Shown here: piece by piece, positions 1-6,878 of the stretch
Layout of the letters: every line of letters starts with the position of its first letter
Numbering within the stretch: the stretch's first letter is position 1
NCBI GenBank assembly: GCA_022844165.1
Contig: JALHMH010000050.1
Span: 1 to 28,902, forward strand
Direction: 5' to 3'
Origin: Lysobacterales bacterium
GTDB taxonomy: Bacteria > Pseudomonadota > Gammaproteobacteria > Xanthomonadales > SZUA-5
Length of the DNA stretch: 28,902 nt
Translations under genes and position numbers: made by a program
Notes under the pieces: generated by a model
The model's input: the letters and a program-made list of their open reading frames with translations, nothing else
What the model was told of the DNA's origin: nothing
Databases searched by the model: none

Positions 1-282
1 CCCGCGCCAGTTCGACCGGCTCCGCTCCAGACCCAGGCGCTGCGCACCATGGATACCTTCCACTTCCGCAAATACGATAGACAGCGATCGCCCTCGCGAA
101 ATCAGCTGGTCGTGATCGTGGCAGCGAAAACTGCGTCCGTAACCCAATAGATGAAGACTCTCCAGGACGCTCGTTTTCCCCGACCCGTTCCCACCCAAAA
201 TGACATTCAGCCCAGCCGATGGGCTGATCTCAACTTTCGATAAACAACGCACTCCATCGACACGCAGCGAAATGACGCGCAT
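1..282 (-). CDS. recF: DNA replication/repair protein RecF, 5' part (runs off the left edge)
   Basis: Not in the ORF track. Manual translation from ATG at 282 gives MRVISLRVDGVRCLSKVEISPSAGLNVILGGNGSGKTSVLESLHLLGYGRSFR, with the RecF Walker A (GxNGSGKTS) and GRSFR motif; lies directly downstream of dnaN. Confidence 0.93.
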   Translation of the reverse strand, partial: MRVISLRVDGVRCLSKVEISPSAGLNVILGGNGSGKTSVLESLHLLGYGRSFRCHDHDQLISRGRSLSIVFAEVEGIHGAQRLGLERSRSNWRG

Positions 283-292
283 CGACCTGACT

Positions 293-1393
293 TCACAGGC
301 GCAAGGGCATCACGACGTGCCGAGTCGTTGGATCCTCCGGCGACTCCACCAGGGCACTGCTGGCACCATCTCGTAGCCGGATCCGAACCGTCTCTGCCTG
401 TGTAGCGTTGATGGCATCTTGCAGGTAATTCACATTGAACCCGACTCCGATACCGTCGACGGTGGTATCAGCCTCGATTTCTTCGGTCGCCTCTTCCTGT
501 TCTGGGTTATGCGCAATAACGCGCAACACCTGCGGCTGAACTTCGATCTTGACGCCGCGATACTTTTCGTTCGACAGGATCGCAACCCGCGATAGAGCCT
601 GACGGATCAGATCGCGGTTGACCAGCACGACCTTATCTGCAGCCAACGGGATCACAGCTTCATAGTCAGGGAAGCGGCCGTCAATGAGCTTGGAACACAT
701 CGTGCTATCGCCCAATGATGCCCGCACGTGGTTCTTCGCAAATGCCAACTCTATGACGCCATCCGCACCACTCAAAAGCCGCTGCAGTTCCATGACGCCC
801 TTTCGTGGCACGATCACCTGGCGACGCACATCGCTCTCAGAGGCCCCCGCTGTTTCGGCCATCGCCAGGCGATGACCATCTGTCGCGACGGTTCGCAAAC
901 CGTTCTCCCGTAGCTCGAGAAGCAATCCGTTCAAGTAGTACCGAACGTCCTGAACGGCCATCGCGAACGCACTACGGTCCAACAACCGCTTCAAGCTCTC
1001 TTGATCAATCTCGATCCGTTCAACCGTTTCGCCAATGTCGGTCGCCGGAAACTCGCTCGCCGGCAATGACGCCAGGACGAACTTCGACCGTCCGCTGGTG
1101 AGTTGCACACGTTCTCCGCTCAGTTTGAGATTCACCATCGCGCCCTCTGGAAGCGCGCGGACGATGTCAAAGAGCTTCTTGGCGGGTACGGTAATGTCGC
1201 CACTCTCTGCGGTATCAACCGCCATCTTGGCGACCAATTCCACTTCAAGATCCGTCGCGGTAAAGCTTGCGACCGTGTCCTCTACACGAATCAGGATGTT
1301 CGCCAGAATTGGGAGCGTATGTCTGCGCTCGACGACACCGACGACTTGTTGTAATGGACGCAATAGCGCTTCTCGAAGTACGCTCAAACGCAT
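293..1393 (-). CDS. dnaN: DNA polymerase III beta sliding clamp
   Basis: 366 aa; ATDLEVEL, QDVRYYLNG, VATDGHRLA, GRFPDY and C-terminal VVMPLRL motifs; dnaA-dnaN-recF synteny. Confidence 0.99.
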   Translation of the reverse strand: MRLSVLREALLRPLQQVVGVVERRHTLPILANILIRVEDTVASFTATDLEVELVAKMAVDTAESGDITVPAKKLFDIVRALPEGAMVNLKLSGERVQLTSGRSKFVLASLPASEFPATDIGETVERIEIDQESLKRLLDRSAFAMAVQDVRYYLNGLLLELRENGLRTVATDGHRLAMAETAGASESDVRRQVIVPRKGVMELQRLLSGADGVIELAFAKNHVRASLGDSTMCSKLIDGRFPDYEAVIPLAADKVVLVNRDLIRQALSRVAILSNEKYRGVKIEVQPQVLRVIAHNPEQEEATEEIEADTTVDGIGVGFNVNYLQDAINATQAETVRIRLRDGASSALVESPEDPTTRHVVMPLRL

Positions 1394-1623
1394 CGGGGTG
1401 CTCCTTTTGCTTTTGCTTTTGTTTTAAAGAAAAGATTGTAGTAGTGATAGTGCCGCATAATTTCGGTGGATAACACGTAAGGCATTGTTTTATCAAATTA
1501 TTTCCAGACACCGTGCTGTGGATAACTGCCTTTGAACGTGTCGATCGCCTGGGGACAACCTGCGAGCAATAACTTATCCACAGGAAACCCACAAGGCCCA
1601 GGCCTGGTTTGTCCACGACCGAC
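1394..1623. other. oriC: Chromosomal replication origin oriC
   Basis: dnaA-dnaN intergenic region. Perfect DnaA boxes TGTGGATAA (1517-1525) and TTATCCACA (1574-1582); near matches GGTGGATAA (1465-1473), TGGGGACAA (1550-1558), TTGTCCACG (1609-1617); AT-rich tract 1405-1440; TAG-trinucleotide run at about 1438-1452. Confidence 0.92.
1478..1503. promoter_or_regulatory. Possible IHF-binding site within oriC
   Basis: TAAGGCATTGTTT reads AAACAA-TGCC-TTA on the minus strand and TATCAA-ATTA-TTT lies on the plus strand; each is one mismatch from WATCAANNNNTTR. Located between DnaA boxes. Confidence 0.45.
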
Positions 1624-2946
1624 TCAGGCGTTTAAGAGCCTGACCAACTTTTCCCAATCATCCCGAGTTTGACCATCGATCTCGACTTGTTTCTTCACTT
1701 CGCGACAAGCATGAAGCACTGTCGTGTGATCGCGGCCACCGAAAGCTCTGCCGATCTCCGGCAGGCTGTGCGTTGTCAGTTCTTTTGCCAACGCCATCGC
1801 CATTTGTCGTGGACGAACCACAGTGCGCGTGCGCTTCTTTCCAAGCAGTTCCGCAAGCGAAATCCGGTGAAAATCCGAAACCATCTTTTGTATGTTCGAA
1901 AGCGAGATCTGCGCCTCATGCGGGCGCAATACATCCCGGAGCGTTGCCTGAGCGAAGGCCAGATCGATATCCCTCTTGCCGAGCAAGTTGGCATGCGCAT
2001 GCAAGGTGTTTAACGCACCCTCCAGCTCGCGGACGTTCGAGCGCATGCGTTTTGCGATGAAAGCGCACACCTCTTCCGTCAATTGCATTCCCGCACCTTC
2101 GGCCTTGGTGCTCAGAATCGCCATCCGTGTCTCGAAGTCCGGTGGTTCAACTGCTACGGAGATACCCCACCCAAAGCGACTCTTCAAGCGCGGTTCCAGC
2201 TTCTCCAGTTCTTTCGGATAGCGATCGCAAGTCATGATGATCTGCTGTTTGCCATCGTACAGCGCGTTGAACGTGTGAAAGAACTCCTCTTGCGTTCGAT
2301 CCTTGCCGGCGAAGAACTGGATGTCGTCGATCAACAATGCATCAACCGATCGGTACAAGCGTTTGAACTGATCCATCTTGTCCTGACGCAACGCTTGAAT
2401 CATCTCGCGGATGAACTCCTCCGAGCGCACATACAAAATTCGCGCAGCCGGATTCTCCTGCAAAAGCAGATTTCCCGCAGCGTGCAGCAGATGCGTTTTA
2501 CCGAGACCTGTGCCGCCGTAGAGCAAAAGTGGGTTGTAGGCCTGACCAGGTTTTCTCGCAACCTGCAGCGCAGTCGCACGCGCCAACTGATTCGACTTGC
2601 CCTCGACGAAGTTGTCGAAGTTGTACCGCTGATCAAGCTTCGATTCGGGTGCTTTTTCACCGATGCTTCTGCTGCCGGATTTTGTCGTTTCCGACAACGG
2701 GCGCTCGCCATCGTCAAGATCGAGCCGCACCGTGGTGATTGTCGCATCCAGCGCCAGAACCAGTGCGGTAATCTCATCCAAATAGCTACGCTGCACTTTG
2801 TCGCGCACGAATGCGTTTGGCGCGGATAACACCAAAGTTTTATCTTTACTGCGCGCAATCAGCGGCTTCAGCCATGTCTGTACGTCTTCAGCGGGCAGCG
2901 ATGATGCGAGGCGATCTAGCGCCTTCTTCCAGGCACGATGAGTCAT
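1624..2946 (-). CDS. dnaA: Chromosomal replication initiator DnaA
   Basis: YNPLLLYGGTGLGKTHL Walker A, LLIDDIQF Walker B, QEEFFHTFN, SNVRELEGAL and domain IV GGRDHTTVLHA. ATG at 2946 preferred over GTG at 2979. Confidence 0.99.
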   Translation of the reverse strand: MTHRAWKKALDRLASSLPAEDVQTWLKPLIARSKDKTLVLSAPNAFVRDKVQRSYLDEITALVLALDATITTVRLDLDDGERPLSETTKSGSRSIGEKAPESKLDQRYNFDNFVEGKSNQLARATALQVARKPGQAYNPLLLYGGTGLGKTHLLHAAGNLLLQENPAARILYVRSEEFIREMIQALRQDKMDQFKRLYRSVDALLIDDIQFFAGKDRTQEEFFHTFNALYDGKQQIIMTCDRYPKELEKLEPRLKSRFGWGISVAVEPPDFETRMAILSTKAEGAGMQLTEEVCAFIAKRMRSNVRELEGALNTLHAHANLLGKRDIDLAFAQATLRDVLRPHEAQISLSNIQKMVSDFHRISLAELLGKKRTRTVVRPRQMAMALAKELTTHSLPEIGRAFGGRDHTTVLHACREVKKQVEIDGQTRDDWEKLVRLLNA

Positions 2947-3078
2947 GACAACGAACTTAAGCGCCAGAGCGCTGGGCACAGGAGCATAGCCCGAACAAAC
3001 CTAAGCGAAGGGATCGGGACAGCTAAATTTACTCTTTCGTTTCGCCAATAACGAACAACCATCCCGCAGTATCCGTGC

Positions 3079-4203
3079 ATGGACCTACGTAGCCTCGGCT
3101 TCTCTCAATCGATCATCCTGATCTTGCTGTACACGATGCTCGCGCTCGTCGTAAGCCGGGTCGGCGACGAGCCGGCGTACCGCGCACTGAAATACGGCGC
3201 CATCTGCGGGGCTGTGGGCGTAGGCCTCAATTCGCTGCAAGGCCTGCTGTCGCCACTGATACCCTTTGTGTTCGGCAATACCCTGATCGTATTGGGTTCG
3301 GCCTGGATTCTTGTTGGCGTACGACGACTGAGCGGCGAAGATCCGCCACTCACGCTGGTCTACGTCGCAGGTGCGGTTGTGGCAATGGGCGGATTTTACT
3401 GGGGCGTTTTCGCTCCAAATCTCACCGGCCGGTTAACCTTGGTCAACGGCACCTTGATGCTGCTCACTTCTGCCACGACCGTAACGCTGCTGTTCGATCG
3501 ACGACTCGCCACGATCGGCCCGATCATTCGTTGGCTGGGCGCCATGAACCTGGTCACCACCATTCTCTTGGCCATCCGCATTGCGATGCACTGGCTTTAT
3601 GCGATTCCCAGCCAAGATATCCTCGAACAGCACCCGGCTAACGTCGCGGTGTACTTCACCCTGCTTCTCAGTTACGCGACGTTCGCCATGGGCCTCAATT
3701 TGCTGGTTGTCAGCCGGCTGGTACACAAGGTGTACGATTTGGCGACGAGGGATGCGTTGACCGGAGCCTTGAATCGCGCAGGCTTGCAACGGGAACTCCA
3801 GGCGAATCCACTACCGACGATCAGCGGCGTTTTGTTGATGGATCTGGATCACTTCAAACGCGTCAACGATGAACATGGTCATGATGTGGGCGACCGGCTA
3901 CTGCAGAGGTTTACCGAGATCGTGCAAGAGCATTGCGCACCGGGAGATTTGCTCGTTCGAATGGGCGGCGAAGAATTCCTGCTGCTCGTCAGCGTCGGCG
4001 ATCCAGCGTCTGTCGCCGAGCGCGTCCGGGCAGGCTTTGCCGATCACGCAGCGGAATTGCAGGCCACCGTTTCGATCGGGGTAGTGCAGTTACACCCGGG
4101 CCGGCGGCTGGACCTGCGGCGCGATCTGAAAGCCGCCGACAACGCACTCTATGCGGCGAAACGTGCCGGTCGAGACCGCGTTTACCTGGCCGAACTCGCG
4201 TAA
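3079..4203 (+). CDS. Membrane-bound diguanylate cyclase (GGDEF domain)
   Basis: About 6-7 hydrophobic N-terminal segments, then DALTGALNR, DLDHFKRVND-HGHDVGD, RMGGEEF, TVSIG, AADNALYAAKRAGRDR. Confidence 0.93.
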   Translation: MDLRSLGFSQSIILILLYTMLALVVSRVGDEPAYRALKYGAICGAVGVGLNSLQGLLSPLIPFVFGNTLIVLGSAWILVGVRRLSGEDPPLTLVYVAGAVVAMGGFYWGVFAPNLTGRLTLVNGTLMLLTSATTVTLLFDRRLATIGPIIRWLGAMNLVTTILLAIRIAMHWLYAIPSQDILEQHPANVAVYFTLLLSYATFAMGLNLLVVSRLVHKVYDLATRDALTGALNRAGLQRELQANPLPTISGVLLMDLDHFKRVNDEHGHDVGDRLLQRFTEIVQEHCAPGDLLVRMGGEEFLLLVSVGDPASVAERVRAGFADHAAELQATVSIGVVQLHPGRRLDLRRDLKAADNALYAAKRAGRDRVYLAELA

Positions 4204-4395
4204 TCCATCCTGCGTGCTTAGCGCTGACGAACATTGCACAAAAGAACACTGGTACGCCAGGGGCGCTCGGGCGAAACTCCGGTGCGGCGTCGAAATCGCA
4301 AGGAAATGAGGCTGGTGATGCAAATGTGGAGGTCAGTTGTCGTGAACGAGGATCGCCACCGCGCTGCCGTCGCGACCAATCGGGGACCGTTGACA

Positions 4396-6279
4396 ATGAG
4401 CGAAGCGCAGGCGTGTTCTGGTCATCGAACCTCACGGCGGCAGAACATCTTTTGGAGTGGATGGCCAATCGCCATGATCATCGCGTTAACCAGCTGCGCT
4501 TCTGCGCCGCCCCAGAGCATTACGGAGGAAGCCGTCTTCGAACGGCGCGACGATCTGCTGACCGCAGGACTCGGTCTGGACGGCCTTCGGCAGTCAGTTG
4601 TACCTACAGCGACCGACGCCGCATCTCGCCGACGTCAAGCCACCTGGAGCAATTGGCGGGCGATAGCCGATGTCAGCGAAGGTGGCGGGTTGGACAACGC
4701 GTATGGCCGCGTTGCGCCGATTCCTGGTATCGAGATCAAGTCCTGGCTGGGAGAAGTCGGACTGTTCCATCCGCATGGCGTGATGTTGCAGATACCCGAT
4801 CGCTTCGACGTTACGCGCCCCTGTTTAGTCGTCGCGCCGGTCTCTGGTTCCCGTGGCATCTATGGGGCGCTGGCGACGGCTGGTGCCTGGGCTCTGACGC
4901 GCGGCTGCGCCGTGGTCTACACCGATAAGGGAGCAGGCACGGGCTTTTACGAATTCGCGGCGCGCGAGGGTATTGGTCTGGACGGAGCGCCCGTAACGGC
5001 GGGAGACATTGGCGGTTTTATTCCCGACGCACGTGGCGAAGGAGTTGCGATCAAACATGCGCATTCGAAAGACCATCCAGAGGCGCACTGGGGACGCATG
5101 ACCCTATCCGCCACGCGCTTCGCACTCTCCCTGTTGGAGCGGCAATTCCCTGGCAAGCGATTCACGGCGGGTAACACCCGGATCATCGCAGCGAGTATTT
5201 CCAATGGCGCCGGCGCGGTATTGCGGGCGCTCGAACAAGACACCGACGGGTTGATCGATGGGGTGGTCGCCGCGGCACCACAGGTATCGCTGGCGGGAAT
5301 GCCGAGTTTGCTTGAGTATGCGCAACGCGCGGCGCTGTTGGCGCCCTGCGCGCAGCTTCACCCGGACCTGGCTGGAGCTCCGATCGCACCGTTCTTGCTC
5401 GGTCGTACCGCAGAGTTTCAGGCGCGCTGTGCGGCGCTGGCCGAGCGTGGGCTTATCGCCGGCTCTGCACCGGGCGATCAGGCGAACGATGCGCTGCGCC
5501 AATTGATGGCTCTGGGTTTTTCGAAGAGCGCGCTCGACAATAACCCAACGAATCTCGCGGCCGACCTCTGGCGCGCCCTGGCGGTGACGTACACCCAGTC
5601 TTATGCCCGAGCCGGAATTGCAGAGCGCCTTTGCGGCTACCAATTCGCACCGACCGAGAACGGTCGGCCACGCGCTTCAACGGCAGCCGAACGCGGTCAA
5701 TGGTTTGGTACATCCAGCGGAATCGCACCAACCGCCGGGATCCAGATCGTGGCGCCTCAGGGCCCTGGTCCTGACCCGGCGCTTGAGGGCCTGTTGTGCC
5801 TGCACCAGGCTTTGATTGGCGATAGTCAAGTCGCGGATCGCGTGCGCACTGGCATCGTGCAGGTGCGGGCGACAGCGCGCTTGCCCAACGTGCCAGTGGT
5901 GGTTCTGCATGGCCGCGATGACGGATTGCTGCCGGTAGAAATCGCGCGCGAATACGCTCGACGCGCCTGGCGCAACGGTGCCCGGCGGCTGACCTATTGG
6001 GAAATCGAGAACGTCCAGCACTTCGATGGATTTCTCGGGCAACCGGCGTACGCGCAGCGCTTCTTGCCGTTGCTGCCCTACTTCTATCAGGCGTTGGATC
6101 AACTCTCGGGGCATCTCGATGGTGGACCCGCGCCTGCACCGAGCCAGGTCATACGCAGCAAACGGCGGGCGGGTACAGCAAGCGGCGTCGAAGCACTCAG
6201 CGCCGAACATTTGGGTTTCGCGCGATCAGAACCAGGCGTCGACGCGATCCAACTCGATCAGGAGGCTATTCCAGACTAG
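4396..6279 (+). CDS. D-(-)-3-hydroxybutyrate oligomer hydrolase family protein, probably exported or a lipoprotein
   Basis: DDLLTAGLG, SGSRGIYGA, GCAVVYTDKGAGTG, KHAHSKDHPEAHWG, catalytic AASISNGAGA, HGRDDGLLP and QHFD motifs; lipobox-like IALTSC. Start uncertain (4234 in the track, 4396 preferred). Confidence 0.85.
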   Translation: MSEAQACSGHRTSRRQNIFWSGWPIAMIIALTSCASAPPQSITEEAVFERRDDLLTAGLGLDGLRQSVVPTATDAASRRRQATWSNWRAIADVSEGGGLDNAYGRVAPIPGIEIKSWLGEVGLFHPHGVMLQIPDRFDVTRPCLVVAPVSGSRGIYGALATAGAWALTRGCAVVYTDKGAGTGFYEFAAREGIGLDGAPVTAGDIGGFIPDARGEGVAIKHAHSKDHPEAHWGRMTLSATRFALSLLERQFPGKRFTAGNTRIIAASISNGAGAVLRALEQDTDGLIDGVVAAAPQVSLAGMPSLLEYAQRAALLAPCAQLHPDLAGAPIAPFLLGRTAEFQARCAALAERGLIAGSAPGDQANDALRQLMALGFSKSALDNNPTNLAADLWRALAVTYTQSYARAGIAERLCGYQFAPTENGRPRASTAAERGQWFGTSSGIAPTAGIQIVAPQGPGPDPALEGLLCLHQALIGDSQVADRVRTGIVQVRATARLPNVPVVVLHGRDDGLLPVEIAREYARRAWRNGARRLTYWEIENVQHFDGFLGQPAYAQRFLPLLPYFYQALDQLSGHLDGGPAPAPSQVIRSKRRAGTASGVEALSAEHLGFARSEPGVDAIQLDQEAIPD

Positions 6280-6757
6280 AAAGGACACTCGCGTTACCCG
6301 CACCGGCGAATTCCAGTTGTCGCCACGCCTCGAATGCAACAACTGCCACCGCGTTGGAGAGATTCAAACTTCGCGAGCCAGGCACCATCGGCAGGCGCAA
6401 GCGCTGCTCAGGCGGCAGACCGTCGCGAATATCGGCGGGCAGCCCACTGGTTTCGCTACCGAATAACAAGACATCGCCGGCGGCAAATCGGGTGTCGTAC
6501 ACCGAGCGGGTCCCTTTTGTGGTGAGCGCAAAAGCACGGGGTGAATCGAGCGCGGTCAGACAAGTGCCAAGTGTCGGCCAGACCTTCACTCTGGCGTATT
6601 CGTGGTAGTCAAGACCAGCGCGCCGCAGCCTTTTGTCGTCGAGTTCGAATCCTAACGGTTCGATCAAATGAAGAGAGAATCCCGTGTTTGCGGCGAGCCG
6701 AATGGCATTGCCGGTATTGGGCGGGATCTCCGGTTGATGAAGCACGAGATGAAGCAT
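6266..6757 (-). CDS. trmL: tRNA (cytidine/uridine-34 2'-O)-methyltransferase TrmL
   Basis: HLVLHQPEIPPNTGNAIRL, LRRAGLDYHE, FGSETSGLP and RSLNLSNAVAV SPOUT motifs; start moved to MLHLVLH. Confidence 0.96.
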   Translation of the reverse strand: MLHLVLHQPEIPPNTGNAIRLAANTGFSLHLIEPLGFELDDKRLRRAGLDYHEYARVKVWPTLGTCLTALDSPRAFALTTKGTRSVYDTRFAAGDVLLFGSETSGLPADIRDGLPPEQRLRLPMVPGSRSLNLSNAVAVVAFEAWRQLEFAGAGNASVLSSLE

Positions 6758-6878
6758 CGAAAACACCTGACCCGGTCGAAGTGAAGCAGGCAACTATCGC
6801 TGAGCGACGCAAAATTGCCGCCAAGCATCGCGCAACACGCCATAATGCCGCATCAATGCTGCCGGCTCGGGAGGCCTC

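Noticed and set aside
2083-2829. 248-aa plus-strand ORF antisense to dnaA, and similar long shadow ORFs (3933-4928, 8688-9824, 15234-16244, 26285-27217)
   Set aside because: They overlap well-supported genes, are Arg/Ala-rich and carry no motifs; expected artefacts of high-GC codon bias.
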